Source: an uncultured delta proteobacterium (lineage in GTDB: Bacteria > Myxococcota > UBA727 > VGSZ01). Taken from it: a DNA stretch of 64,000 nucleotides. The notes below the pieces were generated by a model. The model had not been told where the DNA came from. It saw only the letters and a list, made by a program, of their open reading frames with translations, and did not search any database. Location: NCBI GenBank assembly GCA_963775425.1, contig CAVZJB010000016.1, positions 160,001 to 224,000 of the forward strand, in the 5' to 3' direction. Shown here one piece after another: positions 50,085 to 59,094 of the stretch. Within the stretch, counting starts at the first letter, position 1. Every line of letters begins with the position of its first letter. Both the position numbers and the translations under genes were made by a program.

Positions 50085-51230
50085 ATGCGTACCCTGATCC
50101 TGCTCCTGTCCCTCGCCGCCGCCGTCGGCTGCACCAAGCACGACAACGACAAGCCCGCCGAGCCGAAGAAGCCCGCCGCGCCCGAGGCCCCCAAGGGCTC
50201 CGATCCGCTCTGCGTGGGCAAGCCCACGACCACGCCGGAAGAAAAGATGGAGATCGCGGGCAAGACCTACGACCGCAAGGGCTCCACCATCACGCTCGAA
50301 GGCAACGACGCCGACGACGAGTTCATCCTCGGCCAGATCAGCGACGTGAAGGATCACAACCCCGACAACGCCGCCAACCTGCAGGTGTTGCTCGGCTGGA
50401 TGAAGAACGAGAAGGTCGACGCCATCGCGGTCACCGGCGACCTCGGGGAGACCGAGGACTCCATCGAGAAGGTGCTGCACGACGTCGCCGGCGTCGGCGT
50501 CCCCGTGCTCGCGATCATCGGAAACCGCGAGTGCCGCGATCACTGGGATCAGGCCGTGAAGGCGGTGCAGAAGGACTTCAAGAACGTCATCAACATGAAC
50601 CTCGTGCGCGTGTTCAACACCGACGACGCGTCGGTGGTCTCCATGCCCGGCTACTACAACCGCGCGTACCTCCACTGCGCCGACGGCTGCGAATACACGC
50701 CCGACGACGTGAACGCCCTCCCCGACGTCGCCAAGGCCGCCACCGGCCCGGTGAACATCCTCATCTCGCACGGGCCGCCGCTGCAGGCGGGCCCCCTGGC
50801 CATCGACCGCATCCACGAGGGTGCCAACGTCGGCGACCCCGCGCTCGCGGAGCTGCTGCAGAAGAACCCGACGCTCTTCCCCTTCGGCCTGTTCGGCAAC
50901 ATCCAGGAGGCCGGCGGCTACGCCACCGACCTGAGCGGCAAGACCCGCGTCGCCGCCGAGACCTACGTCGACTCGTTCTACCTGAACCCCGGCCCGGCGG
51001 ACGCCGTGCGCTGGGTGATGCTCGACGGCACGGAGTCGGTGGGCATGGCCGGCCTCGTCAAGGTCAAGGGCAAGCAGGCGTCGTACAAGGTCTACCGGAT
51101 CAAGCCCGGCGAGGCGAAGGTCGCGCCCGCGGCCGGCGACAAGGCCGACGGCGACAAGGTCGGCGACGCCAAGGGCGGCGACAAGCCCGAGAAGCCCGCG
51201 ACGCCGTCGCCCGCCGCCGGAACGCACTGA
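50085..51230 (+). CDS. Lipoprotein, calcineurin-like metallophosphoesterase fold with degenerate motifs
   Basis: Lipobox AVGC; ISDVK, TGDL, IGNRE, ISHGPP, FGNIQE, LNPG. Confidence 0.75.
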   Translation: MRTLILLLSLAAAVGCTKHDNDKPAEPKKPAAPEAPKGSDPLCVGKPTTTPEEKMEIAGKTYDRKGSTITLEGNDADDEFILGQISDVKDHNPDNAANLQVLLGWMKNEKVDAIAVTGDLGETEDSIEKVLHDVAGVGVPVLAIIGNRECRDHWDQAVKAVQKDFKNVINMNLVRVFNTDDASVVSMPGYYNRAYLHCADGCEYTPDDVNALPDVAKAATGPVNILISHGPPLQAGPLAIDRIHEGANVGDPALAELLQKNPTLFPFGLFGNIQEAGGYATDLSGKTRVAAETYVDSFYLNPGPADAVRWVMLDGTESVGMAGLVKVKGKQASYKVYRIKPGEAKVAPAAGDKADGDKVGDAKGGDKPEKPATPSPAAGTH

Positions 51231-51237
51231 GCGCACG

Positions 51238-53187
51238 GTGAGCGTCGTGCGCCTCCTCGCCGCCGCTGCGATGGCCCTCGCGCTGTCGCCGCCGGCGTCG
51301 GCGCAGTCCGACGATCTCGGCGACACGCACACGCCGCCGCCGTCCCTCGAGGACCTCGGCGTCGTCACGGACGCGTCGGACGCCGGGGCCAAGCCGAAGA
51401 AGGACGCAGACGGCAAGGGCGCAAAGAAGGGCGGCGCCAAGGGCGCGCCAGGGAACAAGGAGGCCGGCAAGGAGACCGGCAAGGAGGCTGGGGCGTCGGA
51501 CGCCGCGACCGAGGCGCCCGCCCCGAAGGACGGGCCGCCGCCCACGGACACGCCGCCGTCGACGTCAACGCCGCCGTCGACGCCCAGGCCCACGCCGAGC
51601 ACGCCGGCGGGCGACGCCCCGAAGGCCGCCCCGAAGGTCCATGCGGCGCCCAGGCACGTCGAGCAAAAGGCCAAGCCGGAGCCCGCGCGGCCGGCGCCGC
51701 GGGCGGCGCCGAAGGTCGAGGAGAAGAAGCCCGCGGGGCCGCCGCCGGAGATCGTGCAGAAGGCCGAGAAGCTCGAGGACGAGGTGAACGGGCTCCTCGC
51801 CGCCGAGCCCGGCGACGCCCACGCGCTCGAGTCCGTCTCCACGCAGTGGGTCGACGACAAGGTGCTCGGCGCCCGGCCCGATCTGCGGGCGCTGTTGAAG
51901 CTCGCGCGCGCCCGCGCGCTCACCATCCAGGGCCGCTTCGACGAGGCCGCGTCGGCGCTCTCGGACGCCAAGAGCCTCGCCGACGGCGCCCCCCGGCGCG
52001 CGCAGCGGCGGCTGACGGCGCAGGTGCGCTACCGCGTGGCGCAGCTCGAGGAGGTGCGGACGCCGCCCGCGGCCGCGTGTGGCGCCCTCGGGCTGTCGCG
52101 CGTCGCGACCTACGAAGGCCGCGAGGCGCGCGACCGGCTCCAGCGCCTGGCCGCCCGCTACAAGGCCGCGGTGCAGACCGGCGACAAATTCTGGGGGCGG
52201 CGCGCGGCGTTCAAGACCGCGGCGCTGTATGACGACCTCTACCGCGCGGCGGTGGCGCCGGCGCAGAAGAACCTGCGCGGGGTGTCCCTGCCCCGCCCGT
52301 TCGCGGTCGGCAGCGTCGACTCGCGCGCGGTGGTCTCCGCGGTGCTCGGCGGCGCCTGGCCCGCGGAGATCTCGCGGCTGTACAGCGAGATCATCGGCTC
52401 CATCGACGCGCGCGCCCCCGACGACATCCTGCTCGCGCAGGTGAAGAAGCGCTCCGCGGCGTTCGCGCGGCTGAAGCTCCCCGACGGCGAGAAGGCCGAG
52501 AACCCCTGGTTCAAGGACGAAACGCCCGGGCTCGTTCGCTTCAACGGGCGCTTCGAGAAGAAGAACCCCGACGGGAGCTGGTCGCAGCTCGCGCCGGCCG
52601 ACGCCAAGGAGGCGCTGAAGGCCAACCTGGAAAAGCCCCTCGGCACCGTCGACAACGCCTACGCCCTCGCCGCGCTCGCGGAGACGGGGCCGGCGCCCGC
52701 GCCGGACAAGATCCTCGCCGCCCTCGCGCACAAGGACGACCGCGTCGTGCTCGCCGGACTGCTCGCGGCGGAGCGCGCGCCCACGCCGGCGCTCCTCGAG
52801 CCGCTCATCGCCGTGGCCACGCGGCCGCAAAAGGGCGAGGCCTTCGCCACGCTGCAGGCCTCGCTGTTCGGGCTGCGCGAGCGCTCGCTGCTGGCTCTGC
52901 GGGCGCTCGCCTCCAAGGACCGCGACGTCGCGGCCAAGATCCTAGACGACGCCCGCCTGCCCGCCCGCGAGCGCGCCTGGATCGTCGCCGAGGTCGGCGA
53001 CAGCCGCCTCGAGCGCACGCTGCAAGGCCTCGCGTCCGACCGCGACCCCGTGGTCGCGGCCACGGCGCTGTACGCCCTCACCCTCGCCGACGGTCGCAAC
53101 TTCGGCTACCTGCGCCAGAGCGACAACGGCGTCGTCGGCTGCGTCTCCCGCGCCATCGCCGCCATCGACGCGTCCCGCCCGCACTAG
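51238..53187 (+). CDS. Secreted hypothetical alpha-helical (TPR/HEAT-like) protein
   Basis: Signal peptide, Pro/Lys-rich disordered region, helical repeats. Confidence 0.65.
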   Translation: MSVVRLLAAAAMALALSPPASAQSDDLGDTHTPPPSLEDLGVVTDASDAGAKPKKDADGKGAKKGGAKGAPGNKEAGKETGKEAGASDAATEAPAPKDGPPPTDTPPSTSTPPSTPRPTPSTPAGDAPKAAPKVHAAPRHVEQKAKPEPARPAPRAAPKVEEKKPAGPPPEIVQKAEKLEDEVNGLLAAEPGDAHALESVSTQWVDDKVLGARPDLRALLKLARARALTIQGRFDEAASALSDAKSLADGAPRRAQRRLTAQVRYRVAQLEEVRTPPAAACGALGLSRVATYEGREARDRLQRLAARYKAAVQTGDKFWGRRAAFKTAALYDDLYRAAVAPAQKNLRGVSLPRPFAVGSVDSRAVVSAVLGGAWPAEISRLYSEIIGSIDARAPDDILLAQVKKRSAAFARLKLPDGEKAENPWFKDETPGLVRFNGRFEKKNPDGSWSQLAPADAKEALKANLEKPLGTVDNAYALAALAETGPAPAPDKILAALAHKDDRVVLAGLLAAERAPTPALLEPLIAVATRPQKGEAFATLQASLFGLRERSLLALRALASKDRDVAAKILDDARLPARERAWIVAEVGDSRLERTLQGLASDRDPVVAATALYALTLADGRNFGYLRQSDNGVVGCVSRAIAAIDASRPH

Positions 53188-53207
53188 CGCGCGAGCCGCG
53201 CCCGCGG

Positions 53208-54260
53208 TCAGCGGGGGGCGTAGCCGAGCTTGCGCAGGCCCTTGGCGTTGGTGGTCCAGTCGGGCTCGACGCGGACGAGGAGCTCGAGGTGGACCTTGCA
53301 GCCGAGGAGCTTCTCGAGCTCCTTGCGGGCGCGCTCGCCGATGGCCTTGATGCGCTGGCCCTTCTTGCCGATGACCATGGCCTTCTGGCTGTCGCGCTCG
53401 ACGTGGATGACCGCGGAGACCGTCACGAGCGGCTTCTTCTTGTCCTCGCGGCGGCTCTCGTCGACGGCCTCGACGACGACGGCGGCGCGGTAGGGGAGCT
53501 CCTGGCGCAGCTCGAGCATCACCTTTTCGCGGATGAGCTCGGCCGCGATTTCCCGCTCGCTCGTGTCGGTGACCGCGTCGGGCTCGAACAGGAACGGGCC
53601 CTCCGGCATGCGCGCGGCGAGGTCGTCCACGAGCACGTCCACGCCCTGGCCCTTGGCCGCCGACAACGGGATGAGCGCCGCGAAGCGGTCGCCCTTGCTC
53701 CACGCGTCGAGGAGCGGCAGCAGCAGGCGCTTGTCCGCGACCGTGTCGACCTTGTTGACCACGAGCACCACCGGCACCTTCAGCGCCCCGGCCCGCTCGA
53801 GCTGCTCGAGCGCCGCGACGTCGGCGGGGTGGATCCGCCCGGCGGCGGCCGCCCCTGCGGGTGACCCCGCGGCGGCGTCGGCGCCCTTCGGCCCTCCCCT
53901 CGGCCCTCCCCTCGGCCCTCCGTTGTGTCCCTTGTCGCGCGGCGCGCCCTTGTGGCGGGGGCCGCTCACGGCCTCGACCACGAACGCGACGACGTCGACG
54001 CCCTTGGCCGCCTCGATCGCTTCGCCGATCATGAAAGCGTGCAACCCGCGGGTGGGCTTGTGGAGCCCGGGGGTGTCCACGAAGACGATCTGCGCGTTGC
54101 CCCGCGTCTCCACGCCGCGCAGCGCCCGCCGGGTGGTCTGGGGCTTGTGCGTCGTCGCCGCCACCTTCTGTCCGAGGATGGCGTTCAAGAGCGTGGACTT
54201 GCCGACGTTGGGCCGCCCCATGATTGCCACGGTTCCGCAGCGCGTGGTGGTGGTGCTCAT
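53208..54260 (-). CDS. era: GTPase Era
   Basis: [36 protein letters not shown] motif. Confidence 0.96.
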   Translation of the reverse strand: MSTTTTRCGTVAIMGRPNVGKSTLLNAILGQKVAATTHKPQTTRRALRGVETRGNAQIVFVDTPGLHKPTRGLHAFMIGEAIEAAKGVDVVAFVVEAVSGPRHKGAPRDKGHNGGPRGGPRGGPKGADAAAGSPAGAAAAGRIHPADVAALEQLERAGALKVPVVLVVNKVDTVADKRLLLPLLDAWSKGDRFAALIPLSAAKGQGVDVLVDDLAARMPEGPFLFEPDAVTDTSEREIAAELIREKVMLELRQELPYRAAVVVEAVDESRREDKKKPLVTVSAVIHVERDSQKAMVIGKKGQRIKAIGERARKELEKLLGCKVHLELLVRVEPDWTTNAKGLRKLGYAPR

Positions 54261-56890
54261 ACGACCACGTTCACGAGCTTGGGTGTGCCCGCCTTGTCGC
54301 GCGGCACGATGATCTTCTTGGCGGGCTTGCCCTCCATGAAGCGCTGCACCGTGGACTCCGCCAACGCGGCCGCCTGGACGGTGGCGTCGTCGGCGTCCTT
54401 CTTCACCGTGATCTCGCCGCGGCGCTTGCCCTGCACCTGCACGCCGATGGTGACGGCGTCGTCGACGCAGAGCGCCTCGTCGTGGGGCGGCCAGCCCTGC
54501 TGGCACACGAGCCCCTGCCCGCCCAGGCGCTGCCAGAGCTCCTCGGCGACGTGCGGCGCATACGGTGACAACAGTTTGGTGAACGTCGAAGCGACCTCCT
54601 TCGGCACCGACGGCGCCGCGGTGGCGTCGTTCACCAGCTCCATCATCGCGGAGATGGCCGTGTTGAAGCGGAGCGCCTCGGTGTCCTCCCGCACCTTCTT
54701 GATGGTGCGGTGGAGCTTCTTCCACAGCGCCTCCGCGCTCGGCCCGGGAGCGTCCGTGAGCCGCCCGGAGAGGGCGCCCGTCTCCTCGTCGACCACGACG
54801 CGCCACGCCCGCGCGAGGAAGTTCCGCACGCCCACGATGCTGCGTGGGTTCCAGGGCTTCACCTGGTCGAGCGGCCCCATGAACAGCTCGTACAGCCGCA
54901 GCGTGTCCGCCCCGTGCTCGCGCACGACGTCGTCGGGGTTGACCACGTTCCCCTTCGACTTGGACATCTTTTCGACCTGGCTCGTGAGCGCTTCACCCGT
55001 GGCCTTGAGGTACGGCTTGCCGTCCCTCTCCTCGACGTCGTCGTAGCCCCAGTACTTGCCGCGCGCGTCCTGGAACGAATACGCGAGGATCATCCCCTGG
55101 TTGAAGAGCTTCTGGAACGGCTCCGCCGTGGACACGACGCCGCAGTCGAACAGGACCTTGTGCCAGAAGCGCGCGTACAGCAGGTGCAGCACGGCGTGCT
55201 CGACGCCGCCGACGTAGAGGTCGACGGGCATCCAGTGCTTCTCGAGCGCGGGGTCGACGAGCGCCGTGTCGTTGCCCGGATCGATGAAGCGCAGGTAGTA
55301 CCAGCACGACCCGGCCCACTGCGGCATCGTGTTGAGCTCGCGCGTGGCCGTGCGCCCGTCGGGCAGCGTCACCCGCGCCCACTCTGCGGGCGCCCGGCCG
55401 AGCGGCGGCTTGCCGTCGCCCGTGGGCTTGTACTCGTCGATGGGCGGGAGTGCGACCGGCAGGGCATCCTCGCCGACGGCGACGACCTCGCCGTCGTCGG
55501 TGTGCACGATGGGGAACGGCTCGCCCCAGTAGCGCTGGCGGGAGAAGAGCCAGTCGCGCAGCTTGTACTGCACGCGCCGGTCGCCCTTCCCGCTGTTCTC
55601 GAGCCAGTCGATCATGCGCGCCTTGGCGTCGGCGGTGCCGAGCCCGTCGAGGGAGACCTCGCCGTTTGCGCTGTTGACGGCGGCGCCGTCGTCAACGAAC
55701 GCGCACTCCTCGATGGACGGGGGCGCCTCGACGACCGCGTCGCCGCCCGCCCCGTGGCCCACGGGGCGCGCGACCACCTCCTTGATGGGGAGCTTCATGG
55801 CGCGCGCGAACTCGTGGTCGCGCGCGTCGTGCCCCGGCACGGCCATGATGGCGCCGGTGCCGTAGGTCATGAGCACGTAGTCGGCGACCCAGATCGGGAT
55901 CTTCTGCTCGTTCGCCGGGTTCACGGCGTAGGCGCCGGTGAAGGCGCCGGTCTTCACCTTGGCGAGGTCGGTGCGCGCGAGGTCCGTCTTCTGCTTCGCC
56001 TGGGCGACGTACGCGTCGACGGCGTCCTTGTGCGAAGGCGCCGTGATGACGTCGACGAGCGGGTGCTCGGGCGCGAGCACGCAGTAGGTGGCGCCGAACA
56101 GCGTGTCCGGCCTGGTGGTGAACACGCGGAAGGAGGCGTCCCTGGCGCTCGGGTGCTTGACGTCATGGGCGACGACGACGGGGAAGTCGATCTCCGCGCC
56201 CTCGGACCTGCCGATCCAGTTGCGCTGCATCTCCTTGACGCCGTCGGGCCAATCGAGGCCGTCGAGGTCGTCGAGGAGCCGCTGTGCGTAGACCGGGATC
56301 TTGAGCATCCACTGCTTCATGGTCCTGCGCTCGACGGGGTCGCCGGTCTCGACGTACTTGCCGTCCTTGACCTCCTCGTTGGCGAGGACGGTGCCGAGGG
56401 CAGGGCACCAGTTGACCGGCACCTCGGAGAGGTACGCGAGGCCCTTGTCGTGGAGCTTCAGGAAGATCCACTGCGTCCAGCGGTAGTACCTCGGGTCCGT
56501 CGTGGAGATCTCGCGGCTCCAGTCGTAGCTGAGCCCGAGCGACTTGATCTGCCGGCGGAAGTTGTCGACGTTGTCCTTGGTGATGACCGCGGGGTGGCGT
56601 CCCTCGCGCACGGCCGCGCGCTCGGCGGGGAGGCCGAAGGCGTCCCAGCCCATCGGGTGCAGCACGTAGTGCCCGGTCATGCGTTTGAGGCGCGCGACGA
56701 CGTCGGTGGCGGTGTAGCCCTCGGGGTGTCCGACGTGCAGCCCTGCCCCCGACGGATACGGGAACATGTCGAGCACGTAGAACTTGGGCTTCTTGGCGAG
56801 CGTGGCGAGGTCGCGCGGCGCCTCGAACGCCTTCTGCTCCTCCCACGCACGTTGCCACTTGGGCTCGATCTGGCTCGGGTCGTAGCGCAT
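54257..56890 (-). CDS. leuS: Leucine--tRNA ligase
   Basis: [48 protein letters not shown]. Confidence 0.98.
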   Translation of the reverse strand: MRYDPSQIEPKWQRAWEEQKAFEAPRDLATLAKKPKFYVLDMFPYPSGAGLHVGHPEGYTATDVVARLKRMTGHYVLHPMGWDAFGLPAERAAVREGRHPAVITKDNVDNFRRQIKSLGLSYDWSREISTTDPRYYRWTQWIFLKLHDKGLAYLSEVPVNWCPALGTVLANEEVKDGKYVETGDPVERRTMKQWMLKIPVYAQRLLDDLDGLDWPDGVKEMQRNWIGRSEGAEIDFPVVVAHDVKHPSARDASFRVFTTRPDTLFGATYCVLAPEHPLVDVITAPSHKDAVDAYVAQAKQKTDLARTDLAKVKTGAFTGAYAVNPANEQKIPIWVADYVLMTYGTGAIMAVPGHDARDHEFARAMKLPIKEVVARPVGHGAGGDAVVEAPPSIEECAFVDDGAAVNSANGEVSLDGLGTADAKARMIDWLENSGKGDRRVQYKLRDWLFSRQRYWGEPFPIVHTDDGEVVAVGEDALPVALPPIDEYKPTGDGKPPLGRAPAEWARVTLPDGRTATRELNTMPQWAGSCWYYLRFIDPGNDTALVDPALEKHWMPVDLYVGGVEHAVLHLLYARFWHKVLFDCGVVSTAEPFQKLFNQGMILAYSFQDARGKYWGYDDVEERDGKPYLKATGEALTSQVEKMSKSKGNVVNPDDVVREHGADTLRLYELFMGPLDQVKPWNPRSIVGVRNFLARAWRVVVDEETGALSGRLTDAPGPSAEALWKKLHRTIKKVREDTEALRFNTAISAMMELVNDATAAPSVPKEVASTFTKLLSPYAPHVAEELWQRLGGQGLVCQQGWPPHDEALCVDDAVTIGVQVQGKRRGEITVKKDADDATVQAAALAESTVQRFMEGKPAKKIIVPRDKAGTPKLVNVVV

Positions 56891-56948
56891 GTCCCGTCGA
56901 TACACGCGCGCGGCGTCGTCGTCGACACCGAAGGCGCGCGTCGAACCG

Positions 56949-57923
56949 CTACGGCAGGATGTCGCCGCCGAGGGAGAGGATCGCCTCGGTGAGGATGTCG
57001 GCGTCGTCGCTGCGGCCCTCGGCGCGCAACCGTTCGGCGAGCGCGCGCAGGCGCGTGTCGAGCGGCGCGGGCCCCGGGGCCGGCAGGCTCTCGGTGGAGG
57101 CGGCGTTGAACGCGGCGACGAGGTCCTGCCCGAGGTCGCCGCTGGACGGCGCGGCGGACCCGCCCCAATCCACGCCGTCACCGCCGGGGACGGGCGGCGG
57201 CGCATGCGGGAGGAAGTCACCCGCGTCGAGCGCGGGGTCGCTCATCGGGCTCGGCGCGGGCGCCGCGATGTCGATGCCGTCGAAGATGCTGTCGAGGCTC
57301 GTCCCCTCGCCCGCCGGCGCGGGCGGCGGCGCCCCGCTGCCGACGCTCGGGTCGAGGGCGGGCTGCTCGAGGCTGAACGAGATGTCGGTGTCGATGACGA
57401 TCTCGTCGGGCGGCGGCGGCATGCCGATGTCGCTCGGGGGCGCCATCGAAAACGGCGGCGGGACCGCGAAGGGGCTCTGGGGTTGCGGGGTGCCGAGCGG
57501 GCTCGTCGACGGCGGCGCCCCGAGGGGCGCCGTCGAAAACGGGTTCGACGGCGGCGGCGGCGGGGGGAAGCCCGGCGACGACGACGGCGGCGGCGACGCC
57601 GTGGGCGGCGACGGGAACGCCGGCGACGCGCTCGCCGGCGGCGACGACGACGGCGGCCGCCCGGGGAACCCCGGCGGAGGGGTGAAGCCGGGCGAGGACT
57701 TCGCCGGCGAAAACGGGGTCGGGCTCGATGCCGGCGCGGGCGTGCGCTGCTGCGGCGGCAGCGTGAACGGGCTCGTGGTCGGGCGCTCCGCGGGCCTCGG
57801 CGGCGCCGGCGCAGCGGCGGGGGGCGCGACGGCGGCGCCGTCGCGGGGCCACTCGTAGCCGCAGGCGAAACAGTTCCGTCCATCAGCGACGCGGCCACAC
57901 TGCGGACAACGAACGAGCGCCAT
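56949..57923 (-). CDS. Hypothetical protein: N-terminal zinc ribbon plus long Pro/Ser-rich region
   Basis: CPQC..CFAC; TATGGT 6 nt upstream of ATG; short helical C-terminus. Confidence 0.7.
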   Translation of the reverse strand: MALVRCPQCGRVADGRNCFACGYEWPRDGAAVAPPAAAPAPPRPAERPTTSPFTLPPQQRTPAPASSPTPFSPAKSSPGFTPPPGFPGRPPSSSPPASASPAFPSPPTASPPPSSSPGFPPPPPPSNPFSTAPLGAPPSTSPLGTPQPQSPFAVPPPFSMAPPSDIGMPPPPDEIVIDTDISFSLEQPALDPSVGSGAPPPAPAGEGTSLDSIFDGIDIAAPAPSPMSDPALDAGDFLPHAPPPVPGGDGVDWGGSAAPSSGDLGQDLVAAFNAASTESLPAPGPAPLDTRLRALAERLRAEGRSDDADILTEAILSLGGDILP

Positions 57924-58021
57924 GCGCTCACCATAGCGGAAGTCGCTTCCAGGTCGGAACAACCCGACTTTCTCCGTCGACCGCCGCTCGCCCGCGGCTG
58001 CCCGCGCGCCGCCCCCGCCGC

Positions 58022-58444
58022 CCCCGACGGCGCGCGCGCGCGCGGAGGACGCGCGCGTCGCAGGTGTAAACCCGCGGCGCTTCGACGGTTTCTGGCGGTG
58101 AGCGGCGGAGGTGGGCTGCGGCGCTCCTCGACGGGAAGCGGCGCGTCGATCCCGTGGACGAGCTTCGTCGTGCAAGACGGCCTGCGCGCGAGCCTCGCGT
58201 CGGGAGCGGCGCCGCTCACGCTCCTCCTCGGCGACACGCGGCGGATCCCCATCGGCGCCCACGGCGTGGACTTCGAGCGCCTCGATCGCCACGCCGCCGG
58301 CGACCCCCTGTGGGACTTCGAGCGGCCGACGCGCTGAGCCCCCCTCACGCCGCCGAGTCGAGGCCGCCCCCGGCGGCGCGCCGCTGAAGACGCGAGCGCC
58401 GCAGGTGTAACCCCGCGGCGCTTCGACGGTTTTGTGGTGGTGAG
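58022..58444. repeat. Direct repeat pair (about 58022-58102 and 58367-58444) including the tRNA-Met 3' end
   Basis: gcaggtgtaa(a/c)cccgcggcgcttcgacggttt..tgg(c/t)ggtgag at 58060-58102 and 58401-58444. Confidence 0.85.
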
Positions 58445-58511
58445 GGGGAGAGTTGAACTCCCGACCTGTGGATTATGAGACCACCGCTCTAACCAACTGA
58501 GCTACCTCACC
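58435..58511 (-). tRNA. tRNA-Met(CAT), probably elongator
   Basis: GGTGAGG/CCTCACC acceptor, TAGCTCAGTTGGTTAGAGC D arm, CTCATAA loop, GGGAG-TTCAACT-CTCCC, ACCA; G1-C72 paired, no C4/C5 typical of Ile2. Confidence 0.93.
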
Positions 58512-58565
58512 GCGCAACCTTTCTTAGCATGGCGTGTGAGCCGGTCTAGTCGTAGCTTTCAAGCT

Positions 58566-59042
58566 ATGCGCACCGGCCCCTTCGCCCCCGTCCCCCGCCG
58601 CCTGCTCATCGTCGCCGCGGGCGCCGTGGGCACGGCCGCGTTCCTCTACCTCCGCAACAAGGTGCTCGCCGAGCGGGACGGCCGCCGGCGAGAGCGCCAC
58701 AAGGACGACGCGCCGTCCCCCAACGGGGGCTCCGGCAGCGCGTCGACGGCGGCCGAGGGCGAGGCGCAGAGCGGCTCGGTGCGGGAGCTGTCGCTCTTCC
58801 TCGCCGGCGAGTCCTGGTACGACGAGATCGGCTGGCAGGGCATCTGGGAGCGCGAGGGCATCGAGTCCCCCGAGGGCTGGCTGCGCACCACCGGCAAGGA
58901 CGTCCTCGTCGACGAGCGCAAGAAGCTCGAGGCCCACCCTGCCCTGCTCGCCGGCTGCCGCCGGCGCTGGATCGTGGTGTGTCGCTACGCCGGCGTCGAC
59001 GTCGGCGACGCCGCCGCGCTCTGGAACAGCACCGAAGCTTGA
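58566..59042 (+). CDS. Hypothetical membrane-anchored protein
   Basis: N-terminal TM; TAGCTT 7 nt upstream of ATG. Confidence 0.6.
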   Translation: MRTGPFAPVPRRLLIVAAGAVGTAAFLYLRNKVLAERDGRRRERHKDDAPSPNGGSGSASTAAEGEAQSGSVRELSLFLAGESWYDEIGWQGIWEREGIESPEGWLRTTGKDVLVDERKKLEAHPALLAGCRRRWIVVCRYAGVDVGDAAALWNSTEA

Positions 59043-59094
59043 GCAGCCCCCGCGCGACGACGTCGCGGCGCCCGGAGCCACGGCGTCGTGGCGC

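Noticed and set aside
58098-58337. Possible 79-codon ORF between the tRNA-linked repeats
   Set aside because: No recognisable motif, and its start lies within the repeat; not supportable as a gene
58435-58511. tRNA-Ile2 or initiator identity for the CAT tRNA
   Set aside because: Paired G1-C72 and no triple G-C anticodon stem argue against fMet; lack of C4/C5 argues against Ile2, though this is not conclusive
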